From positions 29,497-53,496 of the forward strand of contig CAZWWD010000002.1 of assembly GCA_964637155.1 (NCBI GenBank): a stretch of 24,000 nucleotides of DNA. Reading direction: 5' to 3'. This DNA comes from an uncultured Candidatus Bathyarchaeia archaeon. Lineage in GTDB: Archaea > Thermoproteota > Bathyarchaeia > Bathyarchaeales > DTEX01. The position numbers and the translations under genes were made by a program. The notes beneath the pieces were generated by a model. That model searched no databases. It was not told the DNA's origin and worked only from the letters and a program-made list of their open reading frames with translations. Positions 1-8,143 of the stretch are shown here, in pieces; the first letter of the stretch is position 1; each line of letters starts with the position of its first letter.

Positions 1-301
1 GGGCGCAGTGAGAAGAAGAATAAAGCAACTAAAGAGTAATGGAATAATAAAGAAGTTTACCATTGAGACGAGCATAGAATTTGAGGGAATAGTTTTAGTT
101 GAAACTGAACCAGCTAAAACAGAGGAAGTAACTCGAGAAATAAGAAAAATTGCAGATAAAGTTTTTGAGGTTTCAGGCGAATATGACGTCGCCGCATTAA
201 TCCAAGCCTACACGATTGAAGAATTAAATGGTAAAATCGATGAGATAAGAAGGCTTCCCTCGGTTCTAAATACAAAAACTCTAATAAAACTTAAGGATTA
301 A
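1..301 (+). CDS. Lrp/AsnC-family transcriptional regulator, 5'-partial (continues upstream of window)
   Basis: The frame is open from nt 2 to the TAA at 299-301, so the GTG at 8 is probably internal. The translation ..VRRRIKQLKSNGIIKKFT looks like the end of an Lrp HTH. It is followed by an AsnC/RAM-type ligand domain pattern (FEGIVLVE...VSGEYDVAALIQA...LPSVLNTKT). Confidence 0.75.
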   Translation, partial: GAVRRRIKQLKSNGIIKKFTIETSIEFEGIVLVETEPAKTEEVTREIRKIADKVFEVSGEYDVAALIQAYTIEELNGKIDEIRRLPSVLNTKTLIKLKD

Positions 302-308
302 AACTCCG

Positions 309-1208
309 TTAAGCTCGATGATTAGCTACTCGTAGAGCCTTAAGAGCACGATACATCTTCTCATATGCTTCAGAAAACTCTTCATCTTTGGAAAGTAGCT
401 TACGTGTGGTCATGTAAAATTTTATAAAGCTCTCAAAGTCCTTCTTTTCAATTATCTCTTTTAGTTTTGCCGCCTTAAACATGAATTTTTCCAGATATTT
501 AGCTGTATATTTATTGTCGATTTGTATTGACGCGTAAAGAGATGGTTTCTCGGTCATAACACCTTCACTTAAAGCTAATTGTAACATGAAAGTTGTCCCA
601 CCCAACCGTTTAAGAAGCTCTATATCTTCCTCGCTTACTACTGACGCAAAAATAATGTTCACAAAATGGGTTAATGCTAAGGTTAATGCCATAACATTAT
701 CATGAAGCTCTCCGCTCACCACTATTATTTCAGCGTCCGGGAATATCTTTTTGGCCAGTTTTTCCTCAAATATTTGATCCCGTAACGGTATAAGCGCAAT
801 TCTTTCACCAACCATTTCTTTGGCGCCGGAACCAAAAAGTGGATGAATTGACAGAGCTTTTACTCCATATCTAGCGATATTCTTCATTACTGGAAGAATC
901 TTAGATTTAAGAGAGGATATTTCCACAATAATCTTAGATTCCTTCAATTCCGGCAATATTTCGGTTAAAACTTTTGGCGTAACATCAATTGGCGTTGATA
1001 TAAGGGATAAATCAGCCATTCTAACAGCTTCAAGATTATTTTCAGCTAATTTTGCGCCCAAAACCCCAACTAGTGCTTTAGCCTCCTTCATTCTCACATC
1101 CGATATTATGACTTCATGTCCATGTTCAACAAAATATTTTGCAAACCATGCACCCATTTTTCCAGCTCCACCAATTATTGAGACACGCAATCCTAAACCT
1201 CCAAACAT
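309..1208 (-). CDS. tyrA: Prephenate (arogenate) dehydrogenase
   Basis: There is an N-terminal Rossmann motif (VSIIGGAGKMGAWFAKYF) and an HPLFG motif typical of TyrA, in a protein of about 300 aa. The ATG at 1208-1206 shares 1 nt with the TGA stop of the upstream chorismate mutase (minus strand reads GTGATG). GTG at 1211 is an alternative start. Confidence 0.8.
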   Translation of the reverse strand: MFGGLGLRVSIIGGAGKMGAWFAKYFVEHGHEVIISDVRMKEAKALVGVLGAKLAENNLEAVRMADLSLISTPIDVTPKVLTEILPELKESKIIVEISSLKSKILPVMKNIARYGVKALSIHPLFGSGAKEMVGERIALIPLRDQIFEEKLAKKIFPDAEIIVVSGELHDNVMALTLALTHFVNIIFASVVSEEDIELLKRLGGTTFMLQLALSEGVMTEKPSLYASIQIDNKYTAKYLEKFMFKAAKLKEIIEKKDFESFIKFYMTTRKLLSKDEEFSEAYEKMYRALKALRVANHRA

Positions 1209-1519
1209 CACATATGACGCTTATATTTTCGCAACATTACGTTGTTGCGTTGCACACGTTTAGATTCTTCAATTAAAAAATTTAGGAGCTTAAGCGAAAA
1301 ATTCACATCTATGTTGTGTTTTTGGCTTAGATCTATAACTTTACTTCTTAATTCTTGTTCAACCAGCGGATCCTCTATCGGCATGTTATTTTGGGCTTTT
1401 ATTTCACCTATTTTCTTGGCTAGGATGAGTCTCTCTCCGGATAGACGTATTATTTCAAGAGTTAGCTTCATTATTTTGCTTCTAAGATCTTTTAACTCCT
1501 TCATTAGGTTTGAATCCAA
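1208..1519 (-). CDS. Chorismate mutase, AroQ class (monofunctional, ~100 aa)
   Basis: LKDLRSKIMKLTLEIIRLSGERLILAKKIGEIK...LLNFLIEESKRVQ parallels the E. coli AroQ domain as I recall it (LREKI..LD..LL.LL.ER..LA..VG..K ... LFQLIIEDS). It is translationally coupled to tyrA. Confidence 0.78.
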   Translation of the reverse strand: MDSNLMKELKDLRSKIMKLTLEIIRLSGERLILAKKIGEIKAQNNMPIEDPLVEQELRSKVIDLSQKHNIDVNFSLKLLNFLIEESKRVQRNNVMLRKYKRHM

Positions 1520-1636
1520 AAATTTCCCCTCAACACTATATGTGTTACTTTTTAATGTAAAAACCTTATTACAACAAAAAATATAATAATGTTTAATGCC
1601 ATTCTAGATTCCTGTATTCTGGAGGATGAAGGTTAA

Positions 1637-2551
1637 ATGCATCTGATAAACTTTAAGGGCTTATCCGGTCAGCAAATTATGGAGATCATCGATAAGGGTA
1701 TAGAGATAAAACATAATCCAGAGGAATATCAAGATTCTCTGAAGGGTAGATCATTAGCCATGATTTTCCAGAAGACTTCAACTAGGACCAGAGTTTCTTT
1801 TGAAGTTGCTATGACTCAGCTTGGCGGTCACGCAATATATATGGATTGGAGGGCAACAAACTTTACTTTAGCGGATATATATGATGAAACCCAATATCTT
1901 TCACGTAATGTTGACTGCATACTGGCTCGATTGTTAAAAAATTCTGATTTACAGGTCATGGCTAAGGCTTCTCGAGTTCCAGTTATAAATGGTTGCGACG
2001 AAAAATATCATCCATCCCAAGCTATAGCGGATCTCATAACAATGAAAGAGAAGAAAGGTACCTTAAAGAACGTAAAACTCGTTTACGTCGGCATACACAA
2101 TAATGTCTGCAATTCGCTGATTGAAGCATGCACAAAGGTTGGTGTTGAGATAACAACGGTTACACCGATATTTAATGAGCCTTCAAGAGACGATGAGCTT
2201 CTAGAGGAAGCTAAGAAAACTGGCTTATATAAGACCACGCTGGATCTTAAAGAGGCTATAAAGGATGCTGACTTTGTTTATACGGATACATGGGTTGACA
2301 TGGAGTTCTTTCTAGATCCAAAATACGCTAGAGAGAAGGAAAGACGCATAAAAATGATGATGCCATATCAAATAAACAAGGAGAATATGGCTGGAAGCAA
2401 CGCATTGATAATGCATGATATGCCAATTCACCGCGGATACGAAATAAGCCCCGAAATGATCGAGGATCCAAGATCAATCATATATGAACAGAGCGAAAAC
2501 AGATTGTACTCGGCCAAGGCGATACTCTTAAAGCTTCTCGGTAAGTACTAA
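1637..2551 (+). CDS. Ornithine-carbamoyltransferase-family transcarbamylase, divergent, substrate uncertain
   Basis: The carbamoyl-phosphate motifs STRTR (FQKTSTRTRVSFE) and HPxQ (HPSQAIADL) are present, as is the C-terminal ENRLY. The ornithine-side motifs differ: DTWVDME replaces DxWxSMG and HDMP replaces HCLP. GGAGG lies 12-16 nt upstream of the ATG. Confidence 0.8.
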   Translation: MHLINFKGLSGQQIMEIIDKGIEIKHNPEEYQDSLKGRSLAMIFQKTSTRTRVSFEVAMTQLGGHAIYMDWRATNFTLADIYDETQYLSRNVDCILARLLKNSDLQVMAKASRVPVINGCDEKYHPSQAIADLITMKEKKGTLKNVKLVYVGIHNNVCNSLIEACTKVGVEITTVTPIFNEPSRDDELLEEAKKTGLYKTTLDLKEAIKDADFVYTDTWVDMEFFLDPKYAREKERRIKMMMPYQINKENMAGSNALIMHDMPIHRGYEISPEMIEDPRSIIYEQSENRLYSAKAILLKLLGKY

Positions 2552-2708
2552 TCACTCCTTCTTTCAGGAGATTGAAAGAATTTTAAATTTAAGCTCCAAA
2601 AAGCAGTTTGGGATGTTAATTGAGAATTTTGAGGAATTTACGCAACGACAATTATTCAAGTTAATGTTTATAATTTTAGATGGAATTGGAAAATAGCTAT
2701 TCATTTTC

Positions 2709-3251
2709 TTATTGTTTTTGGAGGCTTTCAAGAGTTTCCCTGAAAATATTGAATGTTTCATCATCGTATAAGCAGAAGATTATTCTTTTTATATTTGTTC
2801 CACTCCTAGCGTAAGAAATAGCCGTTGGAAGCATTGTTTCAGCACACCTCTTTTTAGGCAATCCAAAGTAGCCTGTTGAAATGGCTGGAAAGGCTATACT
2901 GGATACATTATTTTGTTCGGCGAGTTTTAAGCTGTTCAGTGTTGCCTCTCTCAGCTTTCTTTCTTCGTCTCCCTCCCCATAAATGGGGCCAACAGCATGT
3001 ATCACGTATTTGGCTTTTAGATTTCCGCCGCTAGTTATAACAGCTCCGCCCACCGGTATAGGCCCTCTCTCAGAGACTATTCTGTCACATTCATCCTGTA
3101 TTTTTTGGCCTCCTTTCCTTCTGATTGCGCCTGCAACTCCACCGCCCATCTTAAGCATTTTATTGGCAGCATTAACTATGCAGTCAACTTGAAGTTCTGT
3201 TATGTCGCCTTTAACAAGCTCAATTAATGTTTCACCAACCTTAATTTGCAT
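2709..3251 (-). CDS. Macro-domain protein (Af1521-like ADP-ribose binding / O-acetyl-ADP-ribose deacetylase family)
   Basis: The translation contains GDITELQVDCIVNAAN...GGGVAGAI...VIHAVGP...SIAFPAISTGYFG, the hallmark macro-domain motifs. I prefer the ATG at 3251 as the start. The ORF track extends to TTG at 3266. Confidence 0.85.
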   Translation of the reverse strand: MQIKVGETLIELVKGDITELQVDCIVNAANKMLKMGGGVAGAIRRKGGQKIQDECDRIVSERGPIPVGGAVITSGGNLKAKYVIHAVGPIYGEGDEERKLREATLNSLKLAEQNNVSSIAFPAISTGYFGLPKKRCAETMLPTAISYARSGTNIKRIIFCLYDDETFNIFRETLESLQKQ

Positions 3252-3313
3252 GGATTGCGTCACCAAAAATACTTGTAGAAAAAGCTAATTATTTAAGGTT
3301 TCATTAAAAATTC

Positions 3314-4570
3314 TTGAAGAAAAACATCAAATATGAGAGAATGAATGCCCATATGTATCTGAATCCTAACAGTAAGCTTTCAATTAAAATGTTTAAAGGG
3401 ATAAGAGATTATCTGATAATCCTCTTATTGCTTTCCATCTTACTGTTTGCCGGCTTCTCTAAATTAACAACATGGAAAGCAAGAGTTGAGAAAACTTTTA
3501 TCCTAACAGTTAAAGTGACATATGAGAATAGGGATCCGTATGAAAAGTGGATTTTAACTGAAAACGATATGACGCTAGGCTTATTTACTAATAATAGCTG
3601 GCAAGCAGTATACTTAGTGCGCGTTTCACATCCGATTAAAAAGCTTATTTATGACTCAGATGGAAATCCATTGGCCTTACTGAACATTACGGATACAGTG
3701 TTAGGTCTAAATGAAAAGATGAGTTATAATGCAACCTATAGGCTTATATTCAAACAGCGTAGTATACCTGTGATAGGTGAGGATAAATCTGGAACTCTAG
3801 AGGATATACCGGAAAATTTAAGGAAGGAGTATTGTAAGCCAACTGGGCTTTGGCCGTCTAACGCCACAATCTTTAGAAAAAAAGCGTTGGATATAGCCAA
3901 TAATGAGACGAAAGTTTTAACAATCATTAAAAAATTTGTTAGGTGGATAGCGAGTAACATCGTTTATAGCCCTTCTGAAGTTCCAAAATATCCTAACGAA
4001 ACAATCTCCTCACATAGGGGCGATTGTGATGATCAGGCGAATCTTCTAATAACTCTTTGTCGAGCTATAGGCATACCAGCATATTTACAGATCGGATGTA
4101 TTTATATACCACAGTATAATGTAAACCGTACATATTGGAGCGGCCATTTAATATTTAAGCAAGAAAGAGTTGGTTGGCATGGTTGGGCAATGGTTTATAT
4201 TCCACCGTGGGGTTGGTTACCCGTCGATCTAACCTATGTTAAGGGAGACCTGAGGAAGGAGCCTTTAAATTCCATAAAATTTTCAGCATTCGCAAGCGAA
4301 TATACATTTCAGTATATGAATATTACGAAGACAGATTATGTTGCTGAAACAAGAGAATTTAAGGAGTTTCTGGAGAAGTACAAATTTTATATTTATGAGG
4401 AGGATGAAATGAAAGAGGTCATCATAGGAGAATTTCCGTTGGAACCTATTTTGGTTGTCACCATTATTGTCTACTTAGCTATCAGTTTTAATCGCTTAAC
4501 ATTGGCATCTTTTACTATAATGCGAATAGTTTATATGGTTAAATGTTCTTTTCAAAATTTTGTCTCTTAA
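3314..4570 (+). CDS. Transglutaminase-like (Cys-His-Asp) membrane protein with N- and C-terminal TM segments
   Basis: The TGase core is visible as HRGDCDDQANLLITLCRAIGIPAYL (Cys), GWHGWAMVY (His) and LPVDLT (Asp). Hydrophobic segments are LIILLLLSILLFAGF near the N-terminus and ILVVTIIVYLAISF near the C-terminus. The start is uncertain: TTG 3314 is the track start, and in-frame ATGs at 3341, 3353 and 3389 are more likely. Confidence 0.75.
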   Translation: MKKNIKYERMNAHMYLNPNSKLSIKMFKGIRDYLIILLLLSILLFAGFSKLTTWKARVEKTFILTVKVTYENRDPYEKWILTENDMTLGLFTNNSWQAVYLVRVSHPIKKLIYDSDGNPLALLNITDTVLGLNEKMSYNATYRLIFKQRSIPVIGEDKSGTLEDIPENLRKEYCKPTGLWPSNATIFRKKALDIANNETKVLTIIKKFVRWIASNIVYSPSEVPKYPNETISSHRGDCDDQANLLITLCRAIGIPAYLQIGCIYIPQYNVNRTYWSGHLIFKQERVGWHGWAMVYIPPWGWLPVDLTYVKGDLRKEPLNSIKFSAFASEYTFQYMNITKTDYVAETREFKEFLEKYKFYIYEEDEMKEVIIGEFPLEPILVVTIIVYLAISFNRLTLASFTIMRIVYMVKCSFQNFVS

Positions 4571-4586
4571 AAAGGTGAGTGATAAA

Positions 4587-4955
4587 ATGGCGAAATTTAA
4601 GATAGTGGTTTCTGATCCAAAAACTGGAAAAGCAAAGTCTGTTGAGGTTGAAGGAGATAAAGCAGCGCCACTAATAGGAAGAAAAATAGGGGATTTGGTT
4701 GATGGAGCAATAGTAGGTATGCCAGGGGTAAAGCTTCTAATAACTGGTGGAAGCGATAAAGATGGTTTTCCTATGAGACCGGATATTCACGGCGGAGTGA
4801 AGACTAGAGTTCTTTTAAGCGGAGGAGTCGGCTTTAAGCCTAAAAATAAGGGTGAAAGGAGAAGGAAAACTGTTAGGGGAAATACGATAACAGAGGATAT
4901 AATGCAGATAAACGTGAAAATTGTGGAAGAGGCGGAGAAACCCGCCACAGCATAA
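4587..4955 (+). CDS. rps6e: 30S ribosomal protein S6e
   Basis: MAKFKIVVSDPKTGKAKSVEVEG...GGSDKDGFPMRPD...RRRKTVRGN is a typical eS6 sequence. An SD-like GGTGA at 4574-4578 lies 8 nt before the ATG. A TATA-like TTTATAT at 4530-4536 sits inside the 3' end of the preceding ORF. Confidence 0.9.
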   Translation: MAKFKIVVSDPKTGKAKSVEVEGDKAAPLIGRKIGDLVDGAIVGMPGVKLLITGGSDKDGFPMRPDIHGGVKTRVLLSGGVGFKPKNKGERRRKTVRGNTITEDIMQINVKIVEEAEKPATA

Positions 4956-4973
4956 ACTGGTAAAGCAGAGTTT

Positions 4974-5537
4974 TTACGCCTTAAACCATCTAAAAATTAA
5001 GTATTCTATCTTATTCTTTTCAAGGTCTGGAACAGCTATAATAAATCGTTTTCTAACAGTTGTCGCAAGCCTCCCAGCTTTAACTATCTCCGTGGGGGTT
5101 ATCTCATCTTTCCTACTCTTAACAGAGACCATATAGGGAGCATGCTCTAAGCCGGGTCCACGTTTATAGACTGCGAAGTCGCATCCAAATTTAACTCCCG
5201 GAGTTACAACGAGTCCCTTATCCCGCAGATCCTTATACACAGCGTATTTTAGGTTGAAGTCCTCGTAGACCTTTTTAGCTCTGCTTTTGAGAGCTCTAAG
5301 ATTAACTTTAGTTTTTTCCTCTCCTTCGAAAACGTTGATTATACCTTTTTCCACCAAGTATAGTCCTTCCATTAAATCAAGAATTAATGGAACATTAAAG
5401 TCGGGGCTTTTCGGTTTCGGTATTCCTAGAGGTTTACCGTAAAAACCCATCTTGTAGAGCTCTGATCCGTCTTTTGGATCCCAGATCACCAGAAAATTTT
5501 CCACAAATTCTGCTTCAATCTTTTTTCGTTTATCCAT
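4974..5537 (-). CDS. endA: tRNA-splicing (intron) endonuclease, catalytic subunit
   Basis: The EndA fold pattern is present with candidate catalytic Tyr/His/Lys context (DFAVYKRGPGLEHAPYMVSV...AGRLATTVRKRFIIAV). The protein is 187 aa. GGAGGT overlaps the stop of the upstream gene, 12-13 nt before the ATG. Confidence 0.85.
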   Translation of the reverse strand: MDKRKKIEAEFVENFLVIWDPKDGSELYKMGFYGKPLGIPKPKSPDFNVPLILDLMEGLYLVEKGIINVFEGEEKTKVNLRALKSRAKKVYEDFNLKYAVYKDLRDKGLVVTPGVKFGCDFAVYKRGPGLEHAPYMVSVKSRKDEITPTEIVKAGRLATTVRKRFIIAVPDLEKNKIEYLIFRWFKA

Positions 5538-5555
5538 TACTTTAGCATTAACCTC

Positions 5556-6233
5556 CTATAAGGCGAGAGCGAGTATTCTAGCAGCATCAGATGCGTCCTC
5601 AATTTTGTCGGCTGTATCTTCAAGTAGCTGAATCACATCCCTCGATAGAAGTGTTCTAGATACATCCATGTTTCTATCTAAAATCAATATTTCCAGCTTT
5701 CTATAAAGGTTGTCAACCGCTCTCTCAGCTACTTCAACGTTTTTCGCTCTTTCAGATATCTGCGGTGAGCCGTAATTTAGCGCCATTACAACTTCTCTAA
5801 GTTTTATCATGGCGTTAAAAACTGCCTCGGAAAGCTCCGCTATACCCCTCTTTATATCCGTGGGAATATCCCATTTCCGTTCAATCATCGCTAATATACG
5901 AAAGGACACTCCTTTATATAGTTCGGCGATTTCGCTTGTCAGGTAAGTGAATCTTAAAAAGTCCTCTCGATTGAGTAATATAGCACCTATTTCAATTAGC
6001 TCCTGCGCAACCATTCTTTTGGAGTCGGCGACTTCATCGCTAATCTTTTGCACATCCTCATATAATTCCATAACCGGATCTGTATTACCAGTAACAAAGG
6101 CATCTATGATCTGTGTTGTTTTCCGAGCGATCTCCATAACTCTCCTTAGATGGTCTTGGCAAAGATTTAAGGCTCTTCTCTTAGCACGCGGCTCAGCTTC
6201 CACAGGAAATACCAAAAGCACCCCCAGCCTCAA
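5556..6233 (-). CDS. DUF47 / PhoU-like (TIGR00153-type) helical protein
   Basis: This is a two-fold helical repeat with DUF47-like motifs as I remember them (NREDFLRFTYLTSEIAE; VEVAERAVDNLYRKL; LLEDTADKIEDASDAARIL). The track start is TTG at 6233, and the true start is uncertain. Confidence 0.6.
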   Translation of the reverse strand: MRLGVLLVFPVEAEPRAKRRALNLCQDHLRRVMEIARKTTQIIDAFVTGNTDPVMELYEDVQKISDEVADSKRMVAQELIEIGAILLNREDFLRFTYLTSEIAELYKGVSFRILAMIERKWDIPTDIKRGIAELSEAVFNAMIKLREVVMALNYGSPQISERAKNVEVAERAVDNLYRKLEILILDRNMDVSRTLLSRDVIQLLEDTADKIEDASDAARILALAL

Positions 6234-6317
6234 TAGTTAAAATAATAACCTCAGAAAAAAATAAGGTTAAGAGAGTTTAAAAATTTACCTATAAAAAATA
6301 GATTAAAAATTAACTGT

Positions 6318-8069
6318 TCATTTTTTAACCGGAGAACCTAAATCTTCAAAGTTAATTTTAAAGCGGAAGTAATTATGAAGAAGCGATGGCATCTCTTTTA
6401 TTTTCGATCTAACTTGTTTCCATGTATCTCTATCACGTAAGGTTACCGTTTCATCCTTCAGCGTTTGATAATCTATTGTTATACATAGAGGAACACCGAT
6501 CTCATCGAAACGGGCATAGCGTCTACCAATATAACCGGATTCATCATACTCAACTGTGAAGCCCTCATCTATTAGAAGCTTATAAACTTCTCTAGCTTTC
6601 TCTGGAAGTCCATCTCTACTCACTAAAGGTAAGACAGCTAGCTGGACTGGTACAATATCTCTGGGCAATCTGAGAACGACTCGGTTATCCTTAATAGTGT
6701 ATGCGTATTCTAGGGTGGCGTAAGCTAGACGGTCTGATCCAAAGCTTGGTTCAATAACATGTGGAATGAAACGTCTACCTTTTTCTCTTATTTCTGTACG
6801 TGTAATTTCAACATGTTCTGATGTGACTTTGAAACCGTTGATTTCATAAAATCCGTACTTTTCTAAGGCATTTGCTAAGGTTTCTGGAGCTATTCTCTGT
6901 AGCGCCTTTATAACCTCCGGGGCTTTATCGCCAAACGTCTTATTTATGTTAGCGATTAATAATTTAGCTTTCACCCCAATTTTTATGCTTTCTTTGTCAC
7001 TTAGCTTGAAGACCCTCATGTCTTCCCCGCTCTCTTTCATATGTCCTCTCAGATCATAGTCTGTTCTATAATTGAAACCTGCAACTTCAACCCAACCCCA
7101 GCGTTCTAAGTAAACTTCCTGATCGAAACCTTGAGCAGAATAATGGGCTCTCTCCCAAGGATGCTTCTCTATGAAACGCTGTTTATCTTCAGGTATACCC
7201 AAACTGGTGACGAAGCGTTTAGCTAAAGCCATAAAATAGGCTTGCCATTCAACCTTGATATAACCCTTAGCCACAATATCCTTAACAGAAAGCTCAACCG
7301 GAGTCTCATCACCTTTAACTCTATTCTCAACTAAAACAAGTCTCAGCTTCTCATCGGCAACCTCATCTAAGAATGGACATTGAGGTTTCTCAGGATCAAA
7401 GAAAAATTCCAAATCTATTATTGTAAATTCTCTGAGTCTTATTGGACCCTGCCTAGGAGATATCTCATTTCTCAGCGCATGACCTATCTGGGCGAATCCT
7501 ATTGGTAAGCGCTCTCTAACTTGCTCATAAAGTCGCTTAAACTCAACAAATATTCCCTGTGCAGCTTCAGGACGCCCGTATCCAATATTCTCAGAGTATG
7601 GTCCAATATTTGTTTGAAACATTGTTAAGAAATATTTTGGTTCAGAGAATTCTCCGCCGCATTCTGGACATTTAATATTGTGGCGTTCAATCTCCTCTTT
7701 AATCTCCTGTAGACCCATTTTATCTGTTTCTTGTGAACCTAAATTAGCGAATTCTTGGAGCAGATGATCCGCTCTGAACTTTCTCCCGCATTTTCTACAT
7801 TCAACCATGGGTTCCTTAAAGTTTTCAACGTGACCTGAAGCCTTAAAAACTCGTTCAGGAGCAATTATGGGAGTTTCGATCTCATAGAAATTTAGTCGTC
7901 TCAGAAAAATGTCCCTAAATTTGTCTTCGATTTTCCGTTTCATGACTGAGCCGAGTGGACCCCAATTCATGAAACCGCTTGCGCCACCATAAATCTCGTA
8001 GGATGGCCAAAAGAAACCTCTTCTACGAGCCATCTCACTTACTTTTTCAAATTTGTCCATGTCTTTCAT
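6318..8069 (-). CDS. glyS: Glycine--tRNA ligase (archaeal/eukaryotic alpha2 type)
   Basis: RRGFFWPSYEIYGGASGFMNWGPLG, the class II motifs (RPEAAQGIF, LREFT..DLEFF), IEPSFGSDR and the C-terminal anticodon-binding domain are all present. The protein is 583 aa. Confidence 0.93.
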   Translation of the reverse strand: MKDMDKFEKVSEMARRRGFFWPSYEIYGGASGFMNWGPLGSVMKRKIEDKFRDIFLRRLNFYEIETPIIAPERVFKASGHVENFKEPMVECRKCGRKFRADHLLQEFANLGSQETDKMGLQEIKEEIERHNIKCPECGGEFSEPKYFLTMFQTNIGPYSENIGYGRPEAAQGIFVEFKRLYEQVRERLPIGFAQIGHALRNEISPRQGPIRLREFTIIDLEFFFDPEKPQCPFLDEVADEKLRLVLVENRVKGDETPVELSVKDIVAKGYIKVEWQAYFMALAKRFVTSLGIPEDKQRFIEKHPWERAHYSAQGFDQEVYLERWGWVEVAGFNYRTDYDLRGHMKESGEDMRVFKLSDKESIKIGVKAKLLIANINKTFGDKAPEVIKALQRIAPETLANALEKYGFYEINGFKVTSEHVEITRTEIREKGRRFIPHVIEPSFGSDRLAYATLEYAYTIKDNRVVLRLPRDIVPVQLAVLPLVSRDGLPEKAREVYKLLIDEGFTVEYDESGYIGRRYARFDEIGVPLCITIDYQTLKDETVTLRDRDTWKQVRSKIKEMPSLLHNYFRFKINFEDLGSPVKK

Positions 8070-8143
8070 ACTTGATACATCCTTTTTAACGGCAAGTCGC
8101 CCGTTTATACTTAAGTTTGGGGTTTTTCTCCTAAATTATTAAG

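Noticed and set aside
1242-1586. 114-aa plus-strand ORF covering the chorismate mutase locus
   Set aside because: It is entirely antisense to a well-supported gene. The product is low-complexity and Ser/Leu-rich with no recognisable motifs, and there is no SD. It is most likely a shadow ORF.
2564-2764. 66-aa minus-strand ORF in the spacer between the carbamoyltransferase and macro-domain genes
   Set aside because: The product is Asn/Lys/Ile-rich, reflecting AT-rich spacer composition. It overlaps the macro-domain C-terminus out of frame, and no SD is present.
7659-7799. Cys-x2-Cys ... Cys-x2-Cys insertion in GlyRS (C91, C94, C134, C137)
   Set aside because: It looks like a zinc-ribbon insertion. 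As far as I recall, such Cys4 insertions occur in archaeal-type GlyRS, so it is not evidently unusual.
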